Below, one piece after another: positions 38,659-49,092 of a stretch of 64,000 bases of DNA; position 1 is the first letter of the stretch, and each line of letters opens with the position of its first letter. The translations under genes were made by a program, and so were the position numbers. Below the pieces are notes generated by a model. The model was not told where the DNA came from and ran no database searches. It worked only from the letters and a program-made list of their open reading frames with translations. The stretch lies in the NCBI GenBank assembly GCA_043767845.1, contig JAYUFZ010000016.1, positions 2,523 to 66,522 on the forward strand, read 5' to 3'. This DNA is from a bacterium. Its GTDB lineage: Bacteria > Patescibacteriota > Saccharimonadia > UBA4664 > JBBRNT01.

Positions 38659-39680
38659 CCGACTTACGCTACGAATCACTGCACAATCACACCACGACCT
38701 CCGATGGCTTAATTAGCTACTTCCAATCACTCAAGGCCGCTGAGGAAAACCACACTCGGGTCATTGCTTTTACCGATCACGACGCGCTGCCGGATGAGCG
38801 GACACTGAGTGAACTCAAGGCCTACGAGGGGCCGGTCAAATGGCTAACAGGCGTGGAGCTATCGAGCGGGCTGCCCAAGGAATTGGGTGGGCACTTGGCA
38901 GGCACTTTCCATATCGTTGGGCTGTTTGTTGATCCGACAAACACCCCGCTACTTCAGCATTGTCAAAAAGCCGGGATCGCCAGGTTGGAGCGAATGCGCG
39001 ATATTGTGGCAAATTTACGCAAGATTGGCATAACTATCAGCGAGGCTGATTGCCTCAAGGCTTCTGGCGGCGAATCTGTCGGCCGGCCGCATATTGTGGC
39101 GGCTATCCTGATGCACCCGGAGAACGTGCCGGTTATCGAGAAGCTGGCCGAGCAAATGAAGCTGGAGGCCGAGGGAGATCCAGAACTTGCCAAGACCTAC
39201 CAAGATATGATCGTCATGCCCATCGAGCAGTGGATTTACCGAATGCTGATCAGTGGTGAGGCATTTATTCCGGATATTTATGTTGACTACACTTACTGGA
39301 CAGATATGGATACGACGGTTAGCTTGATCCGGGACGCTGGTGGGGTAGCTGTGATAGCTCATTGGTTCACCGTCGCCAAAAACCTGAAGTCGGATTTGCT
39401 GGGTGAGATATTGCGCGACAACCGGCTCGATGGCGTGGAGCTGGCCAACCTCAACCATGCCAATAGGAGTGAAGCGGCGGCCGAGTCGGCCGAGCTAGCT
39501 GCCCTGGCCAAAGCCTACGGCCGGCTGCAAACGATCGGCACTGATGCCCACACTGCCGAAGACTATAAGTTTTTTGTGACTGACCGCAAGGAAATGGCCG
39601 AGCAGAGCATTGGCCAAACCGCGCGCTTGCTGGAGAAGTACAAGCTCGACACTCACTGGTCTAATCTGAGCAGCAAATGA
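38655..39680 (+). CDS. PHP-domain phosphoesterase
   Basis: LHNHTTTSDG, TDHD, GRPH and GTDAH motifs. Confidence 0.9.
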   Translation: MTDLRYESLHNHTTTSDGLISYFQSLKAAEENHTRVIAFTDHDALPDERTLSELKAYEGPVKWLTGVELSSGLPKELGGHLAGTFHIVGLFVDPTNTPLLQHCQKAGIARLERMRDIVANLRKIGITISEADCLKASGGESVGRPHIVAAILMHPENVPVIEKLAEQMKLEAEGDPELAKTYQDMIVMPIEQWIYRMLISGEAFIPDIYVDYTYWTDMDTTVSLIRDAGGVAVIAHWFTVAKNLKSDLLGEILRDNRLDGVELANLNHANRSEAAAESAELAALAKAYGRLQTIGTDAHTAEDYKFFVTDRKEMAEQSIGQTARLLEKYKLDTHWSNLSSK

Positions 39681-40300
39681 AGAAGCAGGCACCGAGGCGG
39701 GTGGTAATAGTTCACGGTTGGCGTGGTCGTCCGGATAAGGGGTGGCTCAAGTCGCTCGGTACTGAGCTGGAAAAGCGGGGGATTGAGGTCATCAATCCGC
39801 AGTTGCCGGACCGCTACGACCCTAAGCCAGCGGTTTGGGTGGCAGAGCTGGCTCGGCTCGTCGGGCCGCTCGACACAAATACTATTTTTGTCGGCCACTC
39901 CATGGGTTGCCCGACAATTTTGCGCTACCTAAGCGAGTACCAGGTGAAGCCGAGGGGACTTTTGACGCATGTCGCCCGGCGACTTTTGCGCCGCCGCGAG
40001 GAAGTCCAGATTCCGGCGGCTATTTTTGTGGCTGGTTTTTATGAGCTGGCAACACCCGCCCTGGACAATTTCTTTGGCCCCGAACCCGATTTTATGAAGC
40101 TTAAGAGCATGATAAAAAAGACCTTTTGCGTTTACAGTGATAATGATAAGATAGTCGATCCGGCGCGCAGTAAGGAGTTGGCCAGTAAGCTCGACTCCGC
40201 GGAAATACTGCTGCCCGGTAGGGGACACTTCGGCAATGTTTTGCTGGCTGAGGTACCTGAAGTATTAAAGTTAGCACTCGATGTTTTTGGTTTGGAGTAG
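39677..40300 (+). CDS. YdeN/RBBP9 alpha/beta hydrolase
   Basis: IVHGW, GHSMG, SDND and GHF motifs. Confidence 0.9.
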   Translation: MKKQAPRRVVIVHGWRGRPDKGWLKSLGTELEKRGIEVINPQLPDRYDPKPAVWVAELARLVGPLDTNTIFVGHSMGCPTILRYLSEYQVKPRGLLTHVARRLLRRREEVQIPAAIFVAGFYELATPALDNFFGPEPDFMKLKSMIKKTFCVYSDNDKIVDPARSKELASKLDSAEILLPGRGHFGNVLLAEVPEVLKLALDVFGLE

Positions 40301-40401
40301 ACCACAAAGCTTATAAGTATTGACAAAAGCATAAGTATAATGTATAATACTTCTCGTTCAAGTTGAGGTAACTTAATTTGACGCTCCTTACAGGCTCGGT
40401 T

Positions 40402-40622
40402 TAGTTTCCTGGTATTGCACCACTTATAGCTCCTCCAGTACAAATCCTGTTTTTTTGTACGCGCCCGAATGGCTAAAAACTTGTTTTGTTCGCTCGCCAT
40501 ATACCCCATATATGCCTTGCTCGCAAAAGCAGCTTTTTATCTCATCCGGATCATCGTCCAAAACTAACATGTTTTGTACTGGAGGAGCTAACCCAACTAA
40601 GTGGTGCTATTCCGGGAAACTA
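40402..40622 (+). ncRNA. long-stem structured leader or sRNA
   Basis: About 39 bp of nested complementarity between 40402-40444 and 40573-40622, downstream of TTGACA-17-TATAAT (40320-40348). Confidence 0.65.
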
Positions 40623-40658
40623 TCGTGGGTTTCCCAACACACCCCCACAGGAGGGGCT

Positions 40659-40856
40659 ATGCAGGAAGCAGTATCGGGCGGCGACAAGCCGTTCAGCATT
40701 ACCGGCGCTCAGCTGGCAGGCGACTTGTTTGCCGCGCCGGTGTTCACCGGACCACAGGATCGCAGCCGGCTGCCCGGCTCGTACCGACGACCGCCGGACT
40801 ACCCGACCTACGATCCCGATACTGGCGAGCAGAAGCCCTTGCAGGGCAGCCTGTGA
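40659..40856 (+). CDS. 65-aa hypothetical protein
   Basis: AGGAGG RBS and GC3-rich codons. Confidence 0.55.
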   Translation: MQEAVSGGDKPFSITGAQLAGDLFAAPVFTGPQDRSRLPGSYRRPPDYPTYDPDTGEQKPLQGSL

Positions 40857-41149
40857 TCAACGCACTGGTCGCCGAAGCTCCATTGGAGCTCAGCGCCAAG
40901 ACTGGCCTTCCAATGCAGTACGTCTGCCCGGTGGCTGACAGCATCGCCGCTGAGCATGCTCGGCAAGCAGGAGTGATCTCACACCAACGTGTCTACCAGA
41001 CACCTGAGGATTACGAGGTAGCTTTCCTGCTGCTCTTCGCCGCCGCCCTCGAACAGAAGATCACCTCCGGCCACAAGTCGCTGCACCCGGCCCTCAAGGG
41101 CCAATTGCAGCTTACGGCCATCGTGGTCGCACTCAGCCGGGCCGCCTAG
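40853..41149 (+). CDS. 98-aa hypothetical protein
   Basis: GTGA overlap with the previous ORF; terminator at ~41219-41250. Confidence 0.55.
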   Translation: MINALVAEAPLELSAKTGLPMQYVCPVADSIAAEHARQAGVISHQRVYQTPEDYEVAFLLLFAAALEQKITSGHKSLHPALKGQLQLTAIVVALSRAA

Positions 41150-41324
41150 CCCACCGCCCAACCCCGTCCACTGTCCATCACCCGCAAGGGTCCCAAGCTT
41201 CCGGAAGTTCCGGACTGCGCGCCCCTCGATTCACTTCGAGGGGCGCTTTGCTTTTCAGCACGCAGAACAAAGGTTACCTTCTCAAGTTCATCCTCGAACC
41301 TGAAAAGCAGCCCAAGTTCAGCGT

Positions 41325-41400
41325 TTTCGAATAGAAGGTTACCTTTTTACGCAGAAGAAAGGTAACCTTCTATTTACATTCGGTATTTGTTTGGTATACT
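41325..41400 (+). repeat. dispersed hairpin+promoter repeat, copy 4 (plus a half-copy at 41260-41282)
   Basis: Near-identical copy immediately upstream of dnaG. Confidence 0.95.
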
Positions 41401-41424
41401 GTACAGCACTGGTATACTAAGGAT

Positions 41425-43212
41425 ATGGACGAAGTAGAGGAAATTAAAAGCCGGCTCGAAATAGCCGAGGTGGTGGGCGGATACTTGCAGCTCAAGCAAG
41501 CTGGCCGCAACCTTAAGGCGCCGTGCCCCTTCCATCAGGAGAAGTCGGCTAGCTTTATGGTAAGCCCCGAGAAAGGGATTTACCATTGTTTTGGCTGCGG
41601 CGAGGGCGGCGATATCTATAAATTCGTCATGAAGATGGAAGGCTTGGATTTTCGGGGTGCTCTTGAGCTATTAGCCAGAAGAGCTGGGGTTGAACTCAAG
41701 AGCCGAGGGGGAGCCCCGAAGCAGAGCAATGAGCGGCTGTACGAGGCGCTAGAACTGGCCGTTAAATACTTTCAGGCCAGCCTGGTCAAGAATCCCACAG
41801 CTCTCGAGTATGTCATCAAAAAGCGCAAACTCACCAAGCAGACAGTCAAAGACTTCGGCATTGGCTATTCACCCGACTCCTGGAATGCGTTAACCGATTT
41901 CCTGCGCAAGCGAGGCTTTAGCGTCGATGAGCTGCTCAGGGCTGGGCTGGCCGGCCAAAAGTCCGGCCGCGACAATATCTACGACCTTTATAGAGGAAGG
42001 CTCATGTTCCCCATTTACGACCCCCAGGGACGGTGTGTGGGCTTTACGGGTCGTGTACTCGATGATAGTCTCCCAAAGTACCTCAACACCCCTCAAACTG
42101 TCTTATACGACAAATCTAGAGCCATATTTGGCCTGCATTTGGCCAAAGAGGCTATTAGGACCAAAGACGAGGTCATTTTGGTCGAAGGTAACATGGACGT
42201 CGTCGCTAGCCATCAAGCTGGCGTTAAGCAGGTGGTGGCTGCCAGCGGTACGGCTTTGACGCTCGATCAGCTCAAAACGCTCAGCCACCTGACCAAGAAG
42301 GTTAAGTTATCTTTCGATGTCGACCGGGCGGGAATGGCGGCCACCGAGCGGGCTATTCCTCTCGCTCAAAAGTTAGGCCTCAACCTCTACGCCGTCGAGA
42401 TCAAAGATGCCAAGGATCCAGATGAGCTGATTACCACAGACGTGAAGCTTTGGGAGAAGGCTATATCTGGGGCCAAGGAGATCAGGGAATACTGGTACGA
42501 GCGATCTCGGCTTGAATACAGCATCGATGATAATCCGTCTGGCATCGACAAAATCCAGTTCGTGAAGCGTATGGCCACAATACTCGCGCTTTACTCAGGT
42601 GACGAGCAGCAAGTGTTCCTTAAGCACATGGCCGGCCAGACCGGTATAGATGCCAGCGATTTTGAGGCCGCTATTGCTTCCAGCGACGAGAAGTTTTCAC
42701 CGACCCGCAGCTCGTCGCCGACTTCATCGGCCAATGCCTCGGCGCCTATCGCGGCATCTGAAGACGCGCCAGCCACTCGGCAATCAATGCCCCAGCAACG
42801 TCTCCTGGAAACCTCCTTCTTAGCACTCAACCTAACCACCCCCGAAGCCCGCCTGAGCCTCGAAGACATGAGCGCTGACGATTTTGAATCTGAGCAGCAT
42901 CAGGCAATATTTGCGGCCCTTTCAAAGCGCGGCCGGAAGGCCACCATGGCCGATATTGTAAAAGACTTGCCAGAACTAGCTGATTATGTCAAAATCCTTT
43001 CATTAAAGGGCGAAGAAGAATATGCCAATGTGGCCCCGGCGGACCGGAGCTTCGAAGCCTTTACCCTAGCGCATACCCTCAGGCAGCTAGCCAGCAAGAC
43101 CAGCATGAAACAATTAACCAAACAATTGCGCGAAGCCGAAGCATCTGGTGACGCGCAGTTAATACGTTCGCTACTCAACGAATATCAAGCATTGATCAAA
43201 GAGGAGAAGTAA
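41425..43212 (+). CDS. dnaG: DNA primase
   Basis: CPFH..CFGC zinc finger, KYLNTP and TOPRIM VEGNMD. Confidence 0.98.
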   Translation: MDEVEEIKSRLEIAEVVGGYLQLKQAGRNLKAPCPFHQEKSASFMVSPEKGIYHCFGCGEGGDIYKFVMKMEGLDFRGALELLARRAGVELKSRGGAPKQSNERLYEALELAVKYFQASLVKNPTALEYVIKKRKLTKQTVKDFGIGYSPDSWNALTDFLRKRGFSVDELLRAGLAGQKSGRDNIYDLYRGRLMFPIYDPQGRCVGFTGRVLDDSLPKYLNTPQTVLYDKSRAIFGLHLAKEAIRTKDEVILVEGNMDVVASHQAGVKQVVAASGTALTLDQLKTLSHLTKKVKLSFDVDRAGMAATERAIPLAQKLGLNLYAVEIKDAKDPDELITTDVKLWEKAISGAKEIREYWYERSRLEYSIDDNPSGIDKIQFVKRMATILALYSGDEQQVFLKHMAGQTGIDASDFEAAIASSDEKFSPTRSSSPTSSANASAPIAASEDAPATRQSMPQQRLLETSFLALNLTTPEARLSLEDMSADDFESEQHQAIFAALSKRGRKATMADIVKDLPELADYVKILSLKGEEEYANVAPADRSFEAFTLAHTLRQLASKTSMKQLTKQLREAEASGDAQLIRSLLNEYQALIKEEK

Positions 43213-44328
43213 TTGGCCAAGAAAACCACCGCTCCCGAAGGTGAAGAAACCACTACCCCGGGGTACACGCCCGAAATTGAACGCTTAATCGCCAAAGGCA
43301 AGGAACAAGGCTTCGTCACGCAGCAAGAAGTTGCCGCGGCAATTCCTGACGCCGAAGAAAACCTGGAAGATCTCGATGATCTCTACGCCGCGCTGCTCGA
43401 AAACGGCATCGAGCTAACCGACCAAAAAGAACGCCTCATCTGGGATACCGATGAAGATGATCCAACCGGCAAGCCGGAAAATGACGATTACATCAAAGAT
43501 ATCGCCGACGACTCGGTGCGTCTCTACCTGCGCGAGATCGGCAAGATCCCACTGCTGACCAGCGCCGAGGAAGTTACCCTTGCTAAACGTATCGAAGCCG
43601 GCGACAAGGCTGCCAAAGACGCTATGGCCGAGGCCAATATGCGCCTCGTCGTCTCCATTGCCAAAAAGTACATTGGCCGCGGTCTAGACCTATTAGACCT
43701 TATCCAAGAAGGCAATACCGGCCTATTGCGTGCCGTTGAAAAATTCGACTACACCAAGGGATATAAATTCTCGACCTACGCCACTTGGTGGATCCGCCAA
43801 GCTATTACCCGGGCCATTGCCGACCAAGCGCGCACCATCCGCATCCCCGTGCACATGGTTGAGACAATCAATAAGCTGATCCGTACCCAGCGTCGGCTGG
43901 TGCAAGAGCTTGGCCGCGAGCCAATGCCCGAAGAGATCGCTGCTGAGATGGAAATGGATGTCGATAAGGTGAACCATATTATCAAGATCAAGCAAGATAT
44001 CGTTTCTCTCGAAGCCCCAGTTGGTGAAGAAGATGACTCGCGCTTAGGTGACTTCATCGAAGACGAAGAAGCCCAAACCCCAGCCGAAGCTGCTACTTAC
44101 CAGCTGCTCAAAGAGCATGTTAATCAGGTATTAGCGCTCCTGACTCCCCGCGAGCAAAAAATTCTTCGTATGCGTTTCGGCCTCGAAGACGGCCGTAGCC
44201 ATACCTTAGAGGAAGTCGGCCAAGAGTTCGGCGTCACCCGCGAACGCATCCGCCAGATTGAGGCTAAAGCCCTGGCCAAGCTGCGCAAGCACCGCGAAAG
44301 TAAGAAACTGCGCGACTATCTAAGCTAA
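43213..44328 (+). CDS. rpoD: primary sigma factor RpoD
   Basis: [22 protein letters not shown] and [10 protein letters not shown] motifs. Confidence 0.98.
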   Translation: MAKKTTAPEGEETTTPGYTPEIERLIAKGKEQGFVTQQEVAAAIPDAEENLEDLDDLYAALLENGIELTDQKERLIWDTDEDDPTGKPENDDYIKDIADDSVRLYLREIGKIPLLTSAEEVTLAKRIEAGDKAAKDAMAEANMRLVVSIAKKYIGRGLDLLDLIQEGNTGLLRAVEKFDYTKGYKFSTYATWWIRQAITRAIADQARTIRIPVHMVETINKLIRTQRRLVQELGREPMPEEIAAEMEMDVDKVNHIIKIKQDIVSLEAPVGEEDDSRLGDFIEDEEAQTPAEAATYQLLKEHVNQVLALLTPREQKILRMRFGLEDGRSHTLEEVGQEFGVTRERIRQIEAKALAKLRKHRESKKLRDYLS

Positions 44329-44451
44329 GTTTGAGATTTCCACACAAAAAAGCCCCGTAAGGGGCTTTTTTGTACAGCTAGGATTGCAAACACTAATGCT
44401 TACAGAGAATACTTATGGTAAATTTAGAACAATTTTAAGCGAATTGTAACA

Positions 44452-44805
44452 ATGATTGAGCAAGTATCAGTGAAAAAGTCCATTCCTATATCAGTTCAGA
44501 TTCTCTATGCATTGGGAATAATAGGGTTAATCTTCGGCTTGGTATTATCAACTGTATTTTTTGCTTTCCTTGGTCCAATACTATCTGTCGGCCTTGGTGC
44601 CATTAGCATCTTAGGCTTTGTACTGATAAACAAAATCCATTCCGGAAAACGGTGGGCGTTGACTATCTACACGGTGTTAGTGTCGCTTAATAGTATCCAG
44701 ACACTCGCCGCTAACCCATATACAATCCAATCCTACTTAGTTGCCTCACTTCCGATAACCCTATTGGTGGTTATATGGGTTAAAGACAAGGCTTATTTCA
44801 GCTAA
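44452..44805 (+). CDS. small 4-TM membrane protein (low GC)
   Basis: Hydrophobic ORF. Confidence 0.7.
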   Translation: MIEQVSVKKSIPISVQILYALGIIGLIFGLVLSTVFFAFLGPILSVGLGAISILGFVLINKIHSGKRWALTIYTVLVSLNSIQTLAANPYTIQSYLVASLPITLLVVIWVKDKAYFS

Positions 44806-45003
44806 ATCCAAACCTCTTCCGGCTCGAGCTTAGGCATGGAAGACGGCCGCACGGCGTCGCAGCTATCGAGATGGGTCTCCTCCCAGAGGCGAGATGGCTA
44901 TTAAAATTGACAAAACAGCGAAATAGTGTATAATGTATACTTATCGTCAGAAATGGCGCGTTCCAGATCTCTCAATCTGCCCCTCTACCCAAAGGAGGCC
45001 TCC

Positions 45004-45429
45004 GTGGCCTACATCACCGTCACCCGCTACATCCCGGTCCACCCTGTGAGCCGCAAGCCCGTCAGCAAGAAGTATCCAGTCAGCTCCAAGAGACTGGCCA
45101 AGATCGGCCGCCGCGTGTTCAACACTGTGGGCTGGAACCTCATGATGAAGGTGCCGGTCGTACTCGACCTTGAGGACCTCACCGTCGACCTCATTTCGGC
45201 TCCCCGCGGTTCGATCAGTGGCCAAGACTTTGAAGTCACCCTAATCGTGGCCTCCGACGATGCCCTGCGGGTCTTTGACAGCGACTCCCCCAAGGAGCAG
45301 ATGGACGACATGGCCGAAGCCATCGCCCTGGCCTTGTTCCTTAAGGTCCCGCGCCATCTGTGCTACCACGTCTGGGTCCGTGCTTTGGGCCTTACCGGCT
45401 ATTGCCGGATGGATCCCAAAGACTGTTAG
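45004..45429 (+). CDS. hypothetical protein
   Basis: TTGACA...TATAAT promoter, AAGGAGG RBS before GTG and terminator. Confidence 0.65.
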   Translation: MAYITVTRYIPVHPVSRKPVSKKYPVSSKRLAKIGRRVFNTVGWNLMMKVPVVLDLEDLTVDLISAPRGSISGQDFEVTLIVASDDALRVFDSDSPKEQMDDMAEAIALALFLKVPRHLCYHVWVRALGLTGYCRMDPKDC

Positions 45430-45523
45430 CAAGTTCTTGTCCAGCCGCCCACCAACCGCCTACCCCTAACCGGGTAGGCGGTTTTGCGTTGCAATGAAAA
45501 ATAGCCCCACCGGGTTGGTGGGG

Positions 45524-46114
45524 CTAGGAGGGGATCATGAGCGCTTGCTTCAGCCAGGCAGAGAGGTTGCCCCAACGCTCCGGGGCGATGGCCAGCTTCA
45601 TGCGGCGTTGGCCAAGCCATGAGCCAGAGATGACTACCTGTCCGTAAGTTTGACCCCTGAGCTCGAGGCTTTTCAGGACAAGCGTGGCATCGGCACCGGG
45701 TATATGGTGGAGTTCGGCAAGGCAGTTGGGTTTTTCGCTTGGTGCGATCATTCCCCCGAGGTTCTCGTAGAGGAAGCGTATGCGCCCATCATTGTTGTTG
45801 TAGGGCTGCAAGAAGACAAGCCCTGGCGCTATGGATATGAGGTCACCGATCTGTTGTTCTCGCCACTCCGGACGATTATACCCGTAGTTGCTCTTTGCCC
45901 ATCTCTCGACATGATCGAGATCGGTGCCGAAAAATGGCTCTAGATCGATTTCATGGCCGCTGAGTCTGCGCAGGCTTGGCGGGCGCATGGTTTCGGTGGC
46001 GAAATGCTCAAGTAGCATCTGGGTAGCTGCCGGATTCCAAGTCCGCACATTGGTGCCGTGCTGGTACCAGAGCCCTCGGAGTAGTTCGTCTGGGTCGGGG
46101 AGGGTGATTGGCAT
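45524..46114 (-). CDS. hypothetical protein
   Basis: Shares the GATAGGAATTTGAC-ATG start region with the upstream gene. Confidence 0.65.
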   Translation of the reverse strand: MPITLPDPDELLRGLWYQHGTNVRTWNPAATQMLLEHFATETMRPPSLRRLSGHEIDLEPFFGTDLDHVERWAKSNYGYNRPEWREQQIGDLISIAPGLVFLQPYNNNDGRIRFLYENLGGMIAPSEKPNCLAELHHIPGADATLVLKSLELRGQTYGQVVISGSWLGQRRMKLAIAPERWGNLSAWLKQALMIPS

Positions 46115-46135
46115 GTCAAATTCCTATCCGTTGGG

Positions 46136-46771
46136 CTAGCTGGTCAGCGCGGCGGTGAGGTCTTGTGGGGAAATGGTGATGCGCAGGGTGTAGAACTGCC
46201 AGATTGTATCCAGTAGACCCATATTGCGCTGTTCCTCACTCTCTTTGGACGAGTAGAGCTGGTTGGAATCCCAGCACTTCGCTTGCAGTTGCTCGGTGGA
46301 CAAACTGGAGGGTGCTTTCATATCGGTGCAATATGGGGGCTTGCTGCGAGTCGGCACAAACTCCAGTACCGGGTTGGACTGGAAATTGCCCTGTTTCCAT
46401 TGCAGTTCGGTTCGGCTGATTTCTAGCTCAGTAATCTGGCCTTTCACTTCGAGCATCAGGATCAGGTTATCGGACAAGCCGATACCAGTATTCTTGGCAT
46501 TGAACAGGTGCAAGTGGGGGTTTGATCCACCGCCGATAGTGCCGACCGAAATGTCCTGCTTGCCGCTGGTCGGAATACCCAGCCTGCTGCTGAAATACTC
46601 TCGGCTAATGCTCACAGTCTTGGTCGGGAAGGTCTCGGGCTTGGCCTGAGCGTTTTGGCTAACTCCCAAGATCCATCCGGCGGTCATAATGACCAGGGCG
46701 ACGAGTGGCACAATCAGCCAGTCGAGAGTGTAGTAGGCGGCCTCACGGACCACTTTCCATAGCTTTGTCAT
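46136..46771 (-). CDS. membrane-anchored hypothetical protein
   Basis: One TM helix; AGGA RBS. Confidence 0.65.
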   Translation of the reverse strand: MTKLWKVVREAAYYTLDWLIVPLVALVIMTAGWILGVSQNAQAKPETFPTKTVSISREYFSSRLGIPTSGKQDISVGTIGGGSNPHLHLFNAKNTGIGLSDNLILMLEVKGQITELEISRTELQWKQGNFQSNPVLEFVPTRSKPPYCTDMKAPSSLSTEQLQAKCWDSNQLYSSKESEEQRNMGLLDTIWQFYTLRITISPQDLTAALTS

Positions 46772-46879
46772 GTCAAATTCCTATCTGTCGATCGGGTGGG
46801 GCGATAATAGCATAATTTACTAGGTCCGTCACCCGGGTCGTCTTTACAAAGCAGAAGCCCCGCCGGATGGCGGGGCTTG

Positions 46880-47247
46880 GTGGACGGGGTGGACGGTGTT
46901 TCTGGTAGTTGGGGTTACCATCCTCGTGGGTGGTGCATCCGCAGACGCTGCACTCGGAGCGGGCGAAGCAGTCCTAGCCGATGGTCTTGTCCCAGACGTG
47001 CCAGCCTTACTTGAAACGGCCCAGAACGGCATTCTGCCCGTTGTGCGGACAAGGTACAGTTAGTGCGCCAAGTAGGCTATGGGCGGTCTCGATGTCGATC
47101 GGCATCCGGCGCATTGGCGGCGCTTCGGGGTTAAACCGCTTGGCCATGGCCACGTATGTTTCGCCCTGGTAGAGGGCGACCCACAGTTTGTGGTCTCGGA
47201 GTGGTGTGGTGCGGCCGAAGCGTTGGGCGGAACAAGACGGGGGTCAT
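46880..47247 (-). pseudogene. decayed Cys-rich small-protein gene
   Basis: Frame reads ...CPHNGQNAVLGRFK*GWHVWDKTIG*DCFARSECSVCGC..., with two stops and an upstream frameshift. Confidence 0.5.
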
Positions 47248-47377
47248 GGAACCTTTCAAGGGCAGTAGGCGGTCTCTGGGCATTGTGTCCAGGTGCATAG
47301 AACGCATATACAATAACATAAGTAGTATAAAGTCAATAACATTCTCGATTGAAGTCAACAAAAAGCCCCACTAGATT

Positions 47378-47719
47378 CTAATGGGGCGGCGGGTCACAGA
47401 GCGTGGCCGAGAGTGCTTGGAGGCTGGGCGAAAGGCGTTGGGCGGTTTGGTGTGCTCCCGGGCCGCTATAGCTGAGAGCTATCTTGAGGCCTACGCCTTG
47501 TTCGAGACTGGTGCAGTCGATCTTGATCTGGCTGGTTGACGTCGGGCCTGCAGCGCTGGGCTCCGTGAGCTGGTGATCACTTGGTGTGTGGCTGAAGGCG
47601 ATGAGAATTGCCCAGAAGCTCAAGATAACCACGAGAGCGATGGGGGCGATCAAGCGCTTAGAGATCTGAAAACTGATGCGGATGTGCTGGGTGCGAGTGC
47701 TACTGGCCAGGTCTGTCAC
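47378..47719 (-). CDS. small single-TM hypothetical protein
   Basis: AAGGA RBS, TTGACA promoter and TM helix. Confidence 0.6.
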   Translation of the reverse strand: MTDLASSTRTQHIRISFQISKRLIAPIALVVILSFWAILIAFSHTPSDHQLTEPSAAGPTSTSQIKIDCTSLEQGVGLKIALSYSGPGAHQTAQRLSPSLQALSATLCDPPPH

Positions 47720-48090
47720 AGTCCTTCTTTCATACCCGTGTCTCTGGAGGTCTCAGATTGCAGCTCGATAGTGCCTTATTCGGTGCTAAGTGTCAACATT
47801 ATCTACAATTTGTCAGTAAGAAATATTGCATTAATCCGATAAATATGTTACGGTCATATAGGTTGTCCATCTAGTTCGTTCCGACATAGGGAGGTTAACC
47901 TCACTTCAGCATTATTTTCGTCACCCTGGCGCAAATCATACCCATGAGGAGTATATGACCCCACGAAACTAGGGTTTCCGGCTTCAAATCTGCAGTAAAC
48001 CGCTCAGATTAGACATATAAAGCCGGTTGCCCGCACCAATCCACCTAGAGAGTAGGCAAAGCGTCTGCTCCAACGATATCTCTAAGGAGA

Positions 48091-48786
48091 ATGATGCGGC
48101 AATCAATACAATTCAAACAAGGCCAGAAGCGATTCTGGTCGATTAGCGTGCTGCTCGCAGCACTCATCAGCTTCACCGGCCTGGGTATTTCTCCGGCCAA
48201 AGCCTATGTAGACGAGTCACAGCCAACGGCTACCCAAGCGGTATCCCAACCTGTCGGCCCGGTCCTTGCTCGGCCCGAACCCATGGGCCTCCATGGTAGC
48301 CAAGATGCGGAACTAGCTGCGCTTGTCGAGCCAACTCCTGCGCTCACCGAGCCAGAAGTACCTTTTACCAAGGCCACACTTGAGCTAGCAGCCCAGATCA
48401 GCCCACCTGGAAAAATAGAGTCGCAATCCTTTCTAAAGGGGAGTGGTTCAGCTGGCATTAAGCAGATCATCCTAGAAGAATTTGCAGGAACAGGCGCGGG
48501 GAGTAAGGCTATTCGCGTTGCTCAGTGCGAGTCTACCCTCAATCCGAAGGCGCGGCATGTAAATAAGGCGGTCTTGATCAGGATTGGCAAGAGCAAGAAA
48601 AAGCTCGTTCGCAAGATCACGGTCGACCTTGGTCTCTTCCAGCTCAATGATGGCGGCACTGCGCAGACCCTTCTCAGGCGATTGGGTTACAGCTGGGACG
48701 CACTCTTCAACGCGCGTCTTAACGCTCGGATGGCTCGATCGCTCTGGAACGAGACCCATTCATTTGCACGCTGGACGTGCGGATGA
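48091..48786 (+). CDS. secreted lysozyme/lytic transglycosylase-like protein
   Basis: Signal peptide; CES, GLFQ and N...A...W.C motifs. Confidence 0.8.
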   Translation: MMRQSIQFKQGQKRFWSISVLLAALISFTGLGISPAKAYVDESQPTATQAVSQPVGPVLARPEPMGLHGSQDAELAALVEPTPALTEPEVPFTKATLELAAQISPPGKIESQSFLKGSGSAGIKQIILEEFAGTGAGSKAIRVAQCESTLNPKARHVNKAVLIRIGKSKKKLVRKITVDLGLFQLNDGGTAQTLLRRLGYSWDALFNARLNARMARSLWNETHSFARWTCG

Positions 48787-48831
48787 GTACAGTGGATATG
48801 TACACGCACAAATCCTGAGGAGGTGAAAAGC

Positions 48832-49092
48832 GTGGAGAAGCCAATCAGTACTCCCGTTGCAAGAAATGTGGCATTGCAGAAATCGATCACCGATTACCTG
48901 CGCCGCTATAGTCAAGTGCCTGGTATGCGCCGGACAGCCCGTATTGTCCACGCTTTTGCCAAATCCGCTTCCCGCGATCAGATTGTGGCTCAACTCGAGC
49001 TCATGACAGATACGGGCACCATCGAAACCAACGGCTTCGGACGCTACCAGCTAGCTGACGATCCGGACGATCAATTATGCGAGGCCGTCTAA
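48832..49092 (+). CDS. small hypothetical (wHTH-like) protein
   Basis: GGAGG RBS and downstream terminator. Confidence 0.5.
   Translation: MEKPISTPVARNVALQKSITDYLRRYSQVPGMRRTARIVHAFAKSASRDQIVAQLELMTDTGTIETNGFGRYQLADDPDDQLCEAV

Noticed and set aside
40402-40622. Retron msr-msd
   Set aside because: No reverse transcriptase in the window
44825-44852. Short rpoD-like fragment (GGCATGGAAGACGGCCG) as an insertion scar
   Set aside because: The match is too short to distinguish from chance
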